Assembly: GCA_958347015.1 (NCBI GenBank)
Contig: CATVTV010000003.1
Coordinates: 77,462-141,461, forward strand
Length of the DNA stretch: 64,000 nt
Origin: an uncultured Collinsella sp.
GTDB taxonomy: Bacteria; Actinomycetota; Coriobacteriia; Coriobacteriales; Coriobacteriaceae
Direction: 5' to 3'
Both the position numbers and the translations under genes were made by a program. Shown here piece by piece: positions 18,216 through 27,861 of the stretch (position 1 is the stretch's first letter; every line of letters starts with the position of its first letter). The notes beneath the pieces are model-generated. The model made no database searches, was not told the DNA's origin, and saw only the letters and a program-made list of their open reading frames with translations.

Positions 18216-18872
18216 ATGGAGACGACCGCGCGCGGCGATGTACCAAAAGCACTGCATAACATCGCGTTTGTCAGTATTCCCGAGAGCGCCGATCTTGAGT
18301 TTTTGCTCTGGGACCTGCAGGATGCCATCGCCGCCTATGCTCAGCTTTCCGGTACCGCGCTCCCCCGCCCGATCGATTTGGAGGCGGATAATGCCGGCAG
18401 CGTTGTAGACGGCATTGTATTCGCTGTTGAAGATGTGGCTGACGATGAGACGCTAACAGGCATCGAGCAGACGCTTGAGCGCTTTGGCGGTACGGGAACG
18501 CGTGTCTATGCCGTGATTCGAGCCGCACAAGAGGGCGCTGAGCAGGCGCATGGGACCGCCGCTCGCCTGCACAAGGCATGCGAGCGCCATAACCAATTGT
18601 GGTGTGGCGGCGTTGTCATCTGTGCCGGCAGCGGCTTCGCGGCGCTTCGTCATTCTCCGCGCATGGGACTTTTGCGCCGACCGTTTTCGGAGGCCATGGA
18701 CAAGCTCGTGGGCGCCGTTCGCATGGGGTGTTCCGTTGAGCGCGCACAGCGACTCGGTGGCGCCGCAGCGGGTGGCGTCGACACCGATGGCATGATTTAC
18801 GCCAAGCCTGAGCTGCCCGCGCCGATCTGGCGCGTGTCTATGAAGCACCTTGCCAAGCACTCAAACAGCTAA
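18216..18872 (+). CDS. Hypothetical protein (possibly a degenerate flavodoxin-like fold)
   Basis: ORF with AAAGGAGG RBS; no clear catalytic motif. Confidence 0.65.
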   Translation: METTARGDVPKALHNIAFVSIPESADLEFLLWDLQDAIAAYAQLSGTALPRPIDLEADNAGSVVDGIVFAVEDVADDETLTGIEQTLERFGGTGTRVYAVIRAAQEGAEQAHGTAARLHKACERHNQLWCGGVVICAGSGFAALRHSPRMGLLRRPFSEAMDKLVGAVRMGCSVERAQRLGGAAAGGVDTDGMIYAKPELPAPIWRVSMKHLAKHSNS

Positions 18873-19438
18873 ATCGAAGAAACCCGCCAATCAACGGCCT
18901 CGCGCCAGCGTTCAACAAGGCGTTCCAGACGCCACGCCGCATTGGCGGGACTTGTCGAGGGCAGAACGATGGCGGGCAGCCCGGTGCGTTCTTGTAGATA
19001 GCGTTTGTAGAGCCGACCAGCTGTACCACCGTTGCATATCACCTGCTCAATGGGAGCTGCGCCGGTAATACGCTCGATATGTGCCGGAACGACGTTTTTG
19101 ATGCTCGCGTCGCTTGAGCCCTTGATGTCACAGCTCTCGATCACGTCCCACAGGGCCACGTCGCCGTTCAGCAGCATGGATCGCTTGGCGGCAATCGAGA
19201 CGTCGAGTGTCGCAGGCTCGCTGCCTGCCAAAGGGTCGCCCTCGTTGGGCGGCACGGGCACGCCAAGGCACGCGGCCATCACGCGCCAAAAGCGGTTCTG
19301 CGGATTGCCGTAGTAGAAGGCATTGGCACGCGAGAGCACCGAGGGAAACGAGCCCAACACCAAAACGCGCGAGTGCTCGTCGAACACGGGTTCAAACCCA
19401 TGCTCAATATGTTGATAGCCCTCGTCCGGCGCGGCCAC
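18869..19438 (-). CDS. DNA-deoxyinosine glycosylase (UDG superfamily, family 6/HDG-like)
   Basis: LVLGSFPSVLS, YYGNPQNRFW, LWDVIESC, LPSTSPAN. Confidence 0.88.
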   Translation of the reverse strand: MAAPDEGYQHIEHGFEPVFDEHSRVLVLGSFPSVLSRANAFYYGNPQNRFWRVMAACLGVPVPPNEGDPLAGSEPATLDVSIAAKRSMLLNGDVALWDVIESCDIKGSSDASIKNVVPAHIERITGAAPIEQVICNGGTAGRLYKRYLQERTGLPAIVLPSTSPANAAWRLERLVERWREAVDWRVSSI

Positions 19439-19441
19439 GAG

Positions 19442-20818
19442 CTAGGCCCTCAGCAGATAGCGCACCTCATAGGGTGCAAGCTCGAGGGTACCCGTAAGCT
19501 CGACCGTGGGCGCCTCGTCGGCAAGCAGGTCGACGAAGGAGCCGTTGAGTTCGCCGGCTCCAAAGGTATAGGGCTCGTTCACGGCATTGACCGCCACGAG
19601 CACCGTCGCATCGTCGCAAGCGCGCTCGAACAGTAGCCGCTTGTTCTGGATCACCACATTGCGATAGGCACCGTAGTTGAGGGCACGGGCCGCCGCGTCG
19701 TTTGCCGAGCGCAGGTGCGCGAGCCGCTTGACAAATGCCGTCAGCTCGTTGGGCGCAGGCTCATCGAGCGCAGGACGCAGCGCCCAATCGCCATCGGGGC
19801 CGCCCTTTTCGCCGGCAATTCCCCACTCACTGCCATAGTAGACGCATGGGATACCCGGCATACCAAAGAGCATGCCGTAGGCGGGGCGTAGGCAGGACTT
19901 GTCCGTCAGGATGCTCGCCAGGCGCGGCACATCGTGGTTGTCGACAAACGACAGCAGATGCTTGCCGCGATAAATGCACCACGGGTCACCGCCAAACTGG
20001 CGATGCAGCGAGTGGGCAATCTCGAACATGTTGACCAAGTTAAAGCTGGAGTACAGGCCCTTGTAGCACTCGTAGTTGGTGCAGGAGTCGAGCATCTCGT
20101 CGTTGACGATCTGGTTGTAGTCGCCGTGGAGCGTCTCGCCGATCAGCACAAAGTCGGGCTTGAGCTCACGGGTAAAGGCGTGCAGGCGGCGCATGAAGTC
20201 GCGGTCGAGCATATAGGCAACGTCCAAGCGCAGGCCGTCGACGCCAAAGACCTCGGCCCAGCGACGCACGGACTCAAGCAGGTAATCGACCACGGCGGGA
20301 TTTTGCAGGTTGAGCTTCACAAGCTCAAAATGGCCTTCCCAGCCCTCATACCAAAAGCCATCGCCATAGCAGGAGTCGCCGTCAAAGCTGACGTGGAACC
20401 AATCCTTGTAGGGCGAGTCCCACTTACGCTCCTGCACATCGCGGAAGGCCCAAAAGCCGCGACCGACGTGGTTGAAAACGGCATCGAGCACCACGCGGAT
20501 GCCATGGGCATGCAGCGTGTCGCATACGGCGGCAAAGTCGGCATCCCCACCCAGGCGGCGGTCGATATGGCGCAGGCTGCGCGTGTCGTAACCGTGGCTA
20601 TCAGACTCGAGTGGAGGATTGATCAGCACGGCGCCAATACCGAGTCCCTGCAGGTAGTCGGCCCATTGGGCGATTTTCATAATGGGAGCATCGGGGTTGG
20701 GTGCGGCGCCGGCAGCCTGGGCGAGCTCATCCTCGGCAACGGGCGCGGCGTTTTCGCGCGGAGCTCCGCAAAAGCCCAGCGGATAGATCTGATAGAACGT
20801 CGTCTCGTATGCCCACAT
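19442..20818 (-). CDS. GH13 alpha-amylase-family glycosidase (cyclomaltodextrinase/maltodextrin glucosidase-like)
   Basis: DAVFNH, GLRLDVA, IGE, FVDNHD conserved regions. Confidence 0.93.
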   Translation of the reverse strand: MWAYETTFYQIYPLGFCGAPRENAAPVAEDELAQAAGAAPNPDAPIMKIAQWADYLQGLGIGAVLINPPLESDSHGYDTRSLRHIDRRLGGDADFAAVCDTLHAHGIRVVLDAVFNHVGRGFWAFRDVQERKWDSPYKDWFHVSFDGDSCYGDGFWYEGWEGHFELVKLNLQNPAVVDYLLESVRRWAEVFGVDGLRLDVAYMLDRDFMRRLHAFTRELKPDFVLIGETLHGDYNQIVNDEMLDSCTNYECYKGLYSSFNLVNMFEIAHSLHRQFGGDPWCIYRGKHLLSFVDNHDVPRLASILTDKSCLRPAYGMLFGMPGIPCVYYGSEWGIAGEKGGPDGDWALRPALDEPAPNELTAFVKRLAHLRSANDAAARALNYGAYRNVVIQNKRLLFERACDDATVLVAVNAVNEPYTFGAGELNGSFVDLLADEAPTVELTGTLELAPYEVRYLLRA

Positions 20819-20889
20819 AGCAACCTCCCGGTAAGCTCAACACAACGACATCCATTGTATGCCCGGCTTGTATCCTCTTCCCCAAAATA

Positions 20890-20956
20890 AGTTGCGGTGG
20901 AATAGTTCCTGCTTGGGCCTTCAGAGGCCTTAAACAGGAACTATTCCACCGCAACT
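20890..20956. repeat. 67-bp palindromic element, family D, copy 1
   Basis: AGTTGCGGTGGAATAGTTCCTG..CAGGAACTATTCCACCGCAACT. Confidence 0.85.
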
Positions 20957-20971
20957 GATGAGGAAACGTGA

Positions 20972-22168
20972 TTAGGCAACGGGCTTTGCGCGGCGAATGG
21001 CCGGGAACATTACCGTGATGGCGAGGATGACACCCACGGCGGCGATTGCGCCACCCGCGCAGCCAATCCAGGCGATACCGGGACCCGAAACCACGGCTCC
21101 GCCGATCGCGGTACCCGTGCCGATTCCCAGGTTAAACAGGCCCGAGAAGATCGACATGGCGACGGCCGACGAGTCCGCCGGCGTGTGCTTGATGAGCTCG
21201 GCCTGAAACGCCACGTTAAAGGCCGTGGCGCAGCAACCGCACAGTGCGCAGACGGCAAGCACTGTCACGAGCGACGATGCGGCCGGCCCCATGAGCAGCA
21301 GGGCCACCGGCACGCCGGAGAGCGTGATAGCCAAGAACGGGAAGCGATGCCCATCGAACAGGCGGCCGAACAGCCAGCTTCCGAGCAGACCGGAGCAGCC
21401 GAACGCCGTCAGCGTCATGGTGATAGCGCTTGCGTCGACATGGGCGACCTGAGCCAGGAAAGGCTCGATATAGCTGTAGCTTGCGTAATAGCCGGTCGCC
21501 ATGAAGACCGTGACTGCGTAGAGCGCGATGAGGAGCGGGTTCTTGAGCAGCTCGGGCAGCTGTTTGACGGTAAAGCGCTCACCCGCCGGCATGGCCGGGA
21601 ACACCGCTGCCTGGTAGACGGCCGCGATGGCTGAGAGGCCCCCGACCACGGCAAACGTCATGCGCCAGCCCACGGCCAAGCCAATAGCGCGACCGAGAGG
21701 CAGGCCAAAGATCTGCGCGATGGACGAGCCCGTAGCGATCATGCTGATGGCGAGCGCGCCGTGGCGAGTGTCGACCAGGCGCGAGGCCATAATCGAGGCG
21801 ACTGACCAGAACACGGCATGTGCGCAAGCGACCACCAGGCGCGCGCAGACCAGGATGGGATAGGTCGGCGCCACAGCGGACAGGAACTGACCGAGCGAGA
21901 ACATGGCAAGCACGCCCAGCAGCATCCGCTTAAACTCGAAACGCGAAGCGAACACCATGAGCGGCAACGACAGCAGCATGACGCCCCAGGCATAGACCGA
22001 GATCATGATGCCCGCCTGGGCCTCGGTGAGCGAGAACGACGCGGCGATATCAGTCAAAAGGCCGATGGGCATAAACTCCGACGTGTTGAACACGAACGCA
22101 CAGCAGGTGAGCCCGACGAGTGGGAGCCACTGCCTGAGCGTGATGCCGTCTTGCCTTGCCTGACTCAT
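20972..22168 (-). CDS. MFS transporter (SotB/arabinose-efflux-like)
   Basis: FVFNTSEFMPIGLL, about 12 hydrophobic segments, GWRMTF; start uncertain (22168-22183). Confidence 0.9.
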   Translation of the reverse strand: MSQARQDGITLRQWLPLVGLTCCAFVFNTSEFMPIGLLTDIAASFSLTEAQAGIMISVYAWGVMLLSLPLMVFASRFEFKRMLLGVLAMFSLGQFLSAVAPTYPILVCARLVVACAHAVFWSVASIMASRLVDTRHGALAISMIATGSSIAQIFGLPLGRAIGLAVGWRMTFAVVGGLSAIAAVYQAAVFPAMPAGERFTVKQLPELLKNPLLIALYAVTVFMATGYYASYSYIEPFLAQVAHVDASAITMTLTAFGCSGLLGSWLFGRLFDGHRFPFLAITLSGVPVALLLMGPAASSLVTVLAVCALCGCCATAFNVAFQAELIKHTPADSSAVAMSIFSGLFNLGIGTGTAIGGAVVSGPGIAWIGCAGGAIAAVGVILAITVMFPAIRRAKPVA

Positions 22169-22288
22169 ATATAACATCTCCAATCATTTTGAGCGGAGGC
22201 GATTATATAGCAACGGTCCCGCATCCGTCAGTAACGGACACGGGACCGAAACAATTCGATACACAGAGGTTGCGCCGTCAATAAATAA

Positions 22289-24649
22289 CTAAGCCAACCC
22301 CAGCAATATGCCCGCCGAATGCACGACAAACGCCACGATCCAGGCGACTACCACCTGAAACGCGAACACGGCAACGGCGTAGCGTGCGCCCAACTCGCTC
22401 CTGACGGCGCCGATGGCCGCCACGCAGGGCGGATACAGCAACGTAAAGACCAGGAACACATAGGCGGTAAACGGCGAAAACATGGTCGACAGTGCCGCGG
22501 GCGAGGTCGCGCCCAAAAGCACGGTGAGGGTCGAGATGACACTCTCCTTGGCGATAAGTCCGGTGACGAGCGCCGTGGATGCGCGCCAATCGCCAAAGCC
22601 AAGCGGCGCCAGCGCCGGCGCGATGATGCTGCCGAGGCCCGCAAGCAGGCTTTGCGACTGATCGGCGACCACATTAAAGCGGATATCGAACGTCTGAAGG
22701 AACCAGATGACCACCGTAGCGGCAAAGATAATGGTAAAGGCCTTGGTAATAAAATCCTTGGCCTTATCCCATGCCAGCATCACCGTCGTCTTGACGCTCG
22801 GCAGGCGGTAGTTGGGGAGCTCCATGATAAACGGCACTGGGTCGCCCTTAAATGCCGTGCGGTTGAGCACCAAAGCCGCGATACAGCCAACCGCAATGCC
22901 AATCAGATAGAGCGAGACCATGGCGGGGACCGTCGCCTGCGGGAAAAACGCCCCGCACAGCAGGCCGTAGACCGGCAACTTGGCCGAACAGCTCATGAAC
23001 GGCGTGAGCATGACCGTCATCTTGCGGTCGTGCTCGGATGGGAGCGTACGGGTCGACATGATAGCCGGCACGGTGCAGCCAAAACCGACGAGCATAGGCA
23101 CAAAGCTGCGGCCCGACAGGCCAAAGCGACGCAGCACCTTATCCATAACAAAGGCCACGCGCGCCATGTAGCCCGAGTCCTCCAGAATGGAGAGGAACAA
23201 GAAGAGCACGACAATAATCGGCAGGAAGGTCAGCACGCTGCCCACACCCGTAAGCACGCCGTCGACAGCCAGTGAGCGCACCACGTCGTTGGTGCCGAAC
23301 GCCTTGAGGCCCGCATCGGCCGAGGCGATGATGGCAGCGATGCCGTCCTCCATGAGTCCCTGCAACGCCGCGCCGATCACGCCAAACGTCAGCCAAAAGA
23401 CGAGACCCATGATCAGCAGAAACGCCGGAATGGCCGTATAGCGACCCGTCAGAATGCGGTCGATCTTGACGGAGCGCACGTGCTCGCGGCTCTCGTGCGG
23501 CTTGACGACACAGCGCCCACACACGTCGCCGATAAAGCTAAAGCGCATATCGGCCAGCGCAGACAGGCGGTCGGTGCCGGCCTCGCCCTCCATCTGGGTA
23601 ATGATGTGCTCGATGGCGTCAAGTTCGTTGCGATCCAGGTGAAGCGCCTCGGTCACCAGCTCGTCGCCCTCAACCAGCTTGGTCGCCGCAAAACGCACGG
23701 GAATGTGCGCCGTCGCGGCATGGTCCTCGATAAGGTTGGCGATGCCGTGAATGCAGCGATGCAGCGCGCCGCCGTCCGGACCGTCGGGCGCGCAAAAGTC
23801 CAAGCGGCCGGGGCGTTCGCGGAACCGCGCCACATGCAGGGCATGGTCCACCAGCTCGCCGATACCCTCGTTGCGTGCGGCGCTAATGGGAACGACCGGC
23901 ACGCCCAGCAGACTCTCGAGCAGGTTGACATCAATGGCACCGCCGTTGGTCGTCACCTCGTCCATCATGTTGAGCGCGATGACCATGGGGCGATCGAGCT
24001 CCATAAGCTGCAGCGTTAGGTACAGGTTGCGTTCGATATTGGTGGCGTCGATGATGTCGATGATGGCGTCGGGGTGCTCATCAAGGATGAACCGGCGGCT
24101 CACGATCTCCTCGCCCGTGTACGGCGACAGCGAATAGATGCCAGGCAGGTCGGTAACGCTCGCCTCGGGGTGGTTACGAATAGTGCCATCCTTGCGGTCG
24201 ACCGTCACGCCGGGAAAGTTACCGACGTGTTGGTTGGAGCCTGTCAGTTGGTTGAACAGCGTGGTTTTGCCGCAGTTTTGGTTGCCAGCGAGGGCAAAAT
24301 GCAGCGGCGCGCCCTCGGGCACGGCCGTTTTTGCCGCACGGGGAGAATACGCGCCCTCGCCGAGTGCCGGGTGCTCCGTCGTGCCGATTGCGGCGTTAGC
24401 GCGCGGACCCGTATCGGTGTCGTGAACACCCACGAGCTCAATCCGTGCGGAATCGTCCTTGCGCAGCGTCAACTCGTAGCCACGCAGGCGAATCTCGAGC
24501 GGGTCGCCCATGGGGGCGTACTTCATCATGGTGACTTCGGTGCCCGGTGTTAGGCCCATGTCCAAAATATGTTGTCGGAGTGCCTGGTCGTCCGATGTCA
24601 CCGATGCGACAACGGCGTCCTTTCCAATCTCGAGCGTATCGAGCTTCAC
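22289..24649 (-). CDS. feoB: Ferrous iron transporter FeoB with N-terminal FeoA fusion
   Basis: N-terminal DMGLTPG..APMGDP (FeoA); GNQNCGKT, DLPGIYSL, NMMD; membrane domain PFMSCSAKLP. Confidence 0.95.
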   Translation of the reverse strand: MKLDTLEIGKDAVVASVTSDDQALRQHILDMGLTPGTEVTMMKYAPMGDPLEIRLRGYELTLRKDDSARIELVGVHDTDTGPRANAAIGTTEHPALGEGAYSPRAAKTAVPEGAPLHFALAGNQNCGKTTLFNQLTGSNQHVGNFPGVTVDRKDGTIRNHPEASVTDLPGIYSLSPYTGEEIVSRRFILDEHPDAIIDIIDATNIERNLYLTLQLMELDRPMVIALNMMDEVTTNGGAIDVNLLESLLGVPVVPISAARNEGIGELVDHALHVARFRERPGRLDFCAPDGPDGGALHRCIHGIANLIEDHAATAHIPVRFAATKLVEGDELVTEALHLDRNELDAIEHIITQMEGEAGTDRLSALADMRFSFIGDVCGRCVVKPHESREHVRSVKIDRILTGRYTAIPAFLLIMGLVFWLTFGVIGAALQGLMEDGIAAIIASADAGLKAFGTNDVVRSLAVDGVLTGVGSVLTFLPIIVVLFLFLSILEDSGYMARVAFVMDKVLRRFGLSGRSFVPMLVGFGCTVPAIMSTRTLPSEHDRKMTVMLTPFMSCSAKLPVYGLLCGAFFPQATVPAMVSLYLIGIAVGCIAALVLNRTAFKGDPVPFIMELPNYRLPSVKTTVMLAWDKAKDFITKAFTIIFAATVVIWFLQTFDIRFNVVADQSQSLLAGLGSIIAPALAPLGFGDWRASTALVTGLIAKESVISTLTVLLGATSPAALSTMFSPFTAYVFLVFTLLYPPCVAAIGAVRSELGARYAVAVFAFQVVVAWIVAFVVHSAGILLGLA

Positions 24650-24690
24650 GTCCGTGTTCCTCCCCCGGCGCCCACAAGGCGTTGCATTTT

Positions 24691-24724
24691 GTTTACCATG
24701 GCTAACCGTTTGCCATGGCTAACC
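24691..24724. promoter_or_regulatory. Tandem palindromic operator upstream of feoB (probable metal-responsive repressor site)
   Basis: GTTTACCATGGCTAACC followed directly by GTTTGCCATGGCTAACC; each approximates the palindrome GTTAGCCATGGCTAAC. Confidence 0.6.
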
Positions 24725-24793
24725 AATTGTAATCATGCATGATAGCGCGAACACACAACGATGTTCAATCGACAGATCGGCGCAAGGGGAATT

Positions 24794-24995
24794 CTGGGCC
24801 GTGGTTTCCCAGACGGGCCTGCTGCGGAAACTGTATCCCACTACTCAGGCGAATTCCGGTCTCCGATTTCCCGATGGGGCCCCTCGGGGAAACTGCGTCC
24901 CACTCTGAAGCGTCAAAACGGGATGCGCTTTCCGGTTGAGGTCTATAGCGGAAAGCGCGTCCCGGAATCGGCGCTCGGAACGGGATACGGCTTCC
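24794..24995. repeat. 62-bp-period palindromic array, family B (half unit + 3 units)
   Basis: Units start at 24826, 24888, 24950. Confidence 0.85.
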
Positions 24996-25110
24996 CCGGA
25001 CGAGAGCCCGGCAATGTTGCGCAACAAAGGGCGCAAGTCCGCGCATAGGATAGAGGCGGATGAGGATGCGCCCGGTATTCGCGCGGGCGCCGATCGAGGG
25101 GAGTCTGCAC

Positions 25111-26292
25111 ATGTTCTGCCGAAATTGCGGGTCGAAGGTCGAGGACGGGACCAGGTTCTGCCCCGTGTGCGGAGAGCCCATCGCCGCCGAATGTGAAGCA
25201 CCGGCCGAATCGCAGGGCGGCTTTCAATCCGCCCCGGCAGCCGAGTCGCAGCCGACTACACCGGCGCCGGCGAAGGCCAAGCGCCCAAAGAGGTCCCTCC
25301 TGATCGCCGCCGTCGTGATCGCATTGCTCGCTGCGGGCGGCGGCGCTGGCTACTACTTCGGCATCTACGCCCCTGAGCAGGCACGGAAGGCGGCCGAGCA
25401 GGAGGCGCTCGCGGCGAAGCACGCCGTGCGCTTTAGCGTCTCGGCCCAGGGCTGGGACACCTCGGCAGGCGCGAGCAGGCTGCCGGTTCATATTACGGGC
25501 AAGGAGGAGCGCGGCAAGAAGGTCGACGCCGTGCGCTACGTTGACAGCGACGGAAGGGGCGTCGAGCTCCGCCGCGGCAGCTACGAGGTAGAGGTCGCCG
25601 CCTCCCCCATCGCCGCCGACGGCACGATCTACGCCGTCCCCGCCGACAAGCTCGACATCAAGCTGGGCGAGAAGACTGCCGAGAAGAAGACCGTCGACGC
25701 GGGCGACGTGGCGCTGGAGCCGGTCGAGGCTGCCAAAGTGACCGACGACCAGATCGCCGCGGCAAAGAAGTACGCCGAGGAGGACGAGGGCGCCAAGAAG
25801 GCCGGCTTCAATATTGACGCCGATGCGCTCGCGACCGCCGCGACCAAGCGCCGCGACGACGCCGTGGCAGCCAAGCAGGCCGAGGAGGAGGCAAGGCGAC
25901 AGGCGGAGGAAGAGGCCCGGAAGGCCGAGGAGGCGAGGCGGGCAAGGACGTTTGAGACCGACTACTTTACGATGGTCCTCCCCGACTGGTTCCCCATGGA
26001 TTGGTTGGAATTCAAAACGACGTCCGACACCCTTACCGCCAATGACGTTACAGCGCAAGATGTTGCCTCGAAAGCGAACTTTACGGTATACGCAACCGAT
26101 GGATCGCCGCACGGCGCAGAGACCGCCTTCTCTAAGACGATTGGAAAGACGTCATCGGGCAAGACTGTAGTGCTGTCCGGCGGACCTTACTGGGGATATG
26201 TCCAGGATGGATACCGCCCGCTTGGGATCAATTATGATTTCACGGGAGAAACGTACTGCGATCTCCTCGCATCCTGCATTACGCTGAAATAG
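25111..26292 (+). CDS. Zinc-ribbon, single-TM membrane protein with coiled-coil linker and distinct C-terminal domain
   Basis: MFCRNCG..FCPVCG; TM LLIAAVVIALLAAGGGAGYYF; EEEARR coil; ATG 25111 after GAGGGGAG. Confidence 0.85.
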   Translation: MFCRNCGSKVEDGTRFCPVCGEPIAAECEAPAESQGGFQSAPAAESQPTTPAPAKAKRPKRSLLIAAVVIALLAAGGGAGYYFGIYAPEQARKAAEQEALAAKHAVRFSVSAQGWDTSAGASRLPVHITGKEERGKKVDAVRYVDSDGRGVELRRGSYEVEVAASPIAADGTIYAVPADKLDIKLGEKTAEKKTVDAGDVALEPVEAAKVTDDQIAAAKKYAEEDEGAKKAGFNIDADALATAATKRRDDAVAAKQAEEEARRQAEEEARKAEEARRARTFETDYFTMVLPDWFPMDWLEFKTTSDTLTANDVTAQDVASKANFTVYATDGSPHGAETAFSKTIGKTSSGKTVVLSGGPYWGYVQDGYRPLGINYDFTGETYCDLLASCITLK

Positions 26293-26344
26293 CCGACCGC
26301 CGCCACCCAAAATGGTCCGCTTTCCTCCGTCCCCGGTGGATCAC

Positions 26345-26606
26345 GGGTCACAGTTTCCCAAACGGCGCCCTTCAGGAAAGCGCATCCCACCATCCGGGCG
26401 AATTCCGGGATACCGTTTCCCGATGGGGCCTCTCGGGGAAACTGCGTCCCAGAATTCTGGCTCGAAACGGTATATGGTTTCCCAAACAAGCCTCTTGCGG
26501 AAAATGCAACCCGGAATCCCCGCCCGAAACGGGGCGCACTTTCCCAGTCGAGGCCCTATGGGAAACTGCGTCCCGCCTTCGAGGGCAAAACAGGGACGCA
26601 GTTTCC
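26345..26606. repeat. 62-bp-period palindromic array, family B (half unit + 4 units)
   Basis: Units start at 26375, 26437, 26499, 26561. Confidence 0.88.
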
Positions 26607-26626
26607 GGGCGGGGCATCAAAAACAA

Positions 26627-26693
26627 AGTTGCGGTGGAATAGTTCCTGCTTGGGCCGGTTGAGGCCTTAAATAGGAGCTATTTCACCGCAAGT
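26627..26693. repeat. 67-bp palindromic element, family D, copy 2
   Basis: Near-identical to 20890-20956. Confidence 0.85.
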
Positions 26694-26715
26694 TATTGAG
26701 GGGATGCCCGTCCTC

Positions 26716-27615
26716 TTACAGATGGCGCTCCAGGAAGCGGAAGGCTAGGCGAATCCAGGGACGGACAGAAACCTGCTTGTCCTCGTTGTCGACCGCGGTA
26801 TTGGCGTTGCCGAGCGAAAGGCCGTGACCGCCCTGGTCAAAGACGTGCATCTCGCATGCAACGCCCTCCTCGGCCATGCGCTGCGCAAACGGGTAGACCT
26901 GCGCGACCGGCGCCGTCTTGTCGTCCGAAACGCCCCACACAAAGGTCGGGGGCATCTGGCGCGTAACGTGCGTGGTAGGGCAAATGTCGGTCAGGTGCTC
27001 ATCGGTCGCCTCGCCGCCCGTCACCATCGACAGATAGTCGTTGAGCAAATCGCGCCCCGTCTTGCCACCCGTCTTGGGCACGCGCAGGTCGATGCGCGGG
27101 TCGCGCGTCTGCATATCGCGCACATAGGCAAGGTCGAGCAACGGATAGCCCAGCACCACGGCGTCGGGACGAATATCCTCCGGACGAGCCCCGGCAAGGC
27201 CCGCGAAGGGTCCGGTCTTCCACTGCGTTGCCAACGAGGCGCAGATCATGCCGCCCGCCGAGAAACCCACGATGCACACGCGCTTGGGATCGACATGCCA
27301 CTCGTCGGCGCTGGCGCGCACGGTAGCGACCATCTTGGCGAGGTCCGCCTGCGGGTGCGGAAAGCTCACGTCGCCTGTGGCGCTCGTCACATAGTTGAGC
27401 ACAAAGGCCTGGTAGCCGCGGTCCAAAAATGCAAACGCCACCGGGTCCTGCTCGTGCGGAGCGATATGCGTAAACCCGCCTCCGCCGCAGATGATTACCG
27501 CGGGACGGCGGCCATTGGGCTTGTCGGGCAACGGCTCGGCACCCAGATACGTAAACGTCGCCGGATAATCCTCGGTCGGCTCCTCGCCCCACAGCGCATG
27601 GTTCTCAATAATCAT
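26716..27615 (-). CDS. Alpha/beta hydrolase (esterase)
   Basis: CGGGGF oxyanion loop, GFSAGG nucleophile elbow, D..GGHG; ATG at 27615 with GGAG RBS. Confidence 0.9.
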   Translation of the reverse strand: MIIENHALWGEEPTEDYPATFTYLGAEPLPDKPNGRRPAVIICGGGGFTHIAPHEQDPVAFAFLDRGYQAFVLNYVTSATGDVSFPHPQADLAKMVATVRASADEWHVDPKRVCIVGFSAGGMICASLATQWKTGPFAGLAGARPEDIRPDAVVLGYPLLDLAYVRDMQTRDPRIDLRVPKTGGKTGRDLLNDYLSMVTGGEATDEHLTDICPTTHVTRQMPPTFVWGVSDDKTAPVAQVYPFAQRMAEEGVACEMHVFDQGGHGLSLGNANTAVDNEDKQVSVRPWIRLAFRFLERHL

Positions 27616-27861
27616 AGGTGCTCCCTCCGTGCGATTCGTGCGCACTCGTTTTTCGCACCTTAGCGTACCCCACTTGAGCCCGCGGCGCAGAAACACCCCC
27701 GCAATAAGTTGGCCTTCAACTGATATATCACAAAATCGCTGTTCAGAGGTATCGTTAGGCAGCGTAAAATAGGGGCGCTGACCGTGCTGGGAAACACGTA
27801 CGAAACGTTTCCGGCAAACCACACGCGTGCAACATGCGCGCCTGATACGTTGGAGGCATCT

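Noticed and set aside
22289..24649. FeoA-FeoB fusion as a novelty
   Set aside because: A known architecture in several anaerobes
26345..26606. CRISPR interpretation of the 62-bp and 80-bp arrays
   Set aside because: Repeats are short, degenerate and alternate in orientation; spacers are partly related to each other; no cas genes in the window
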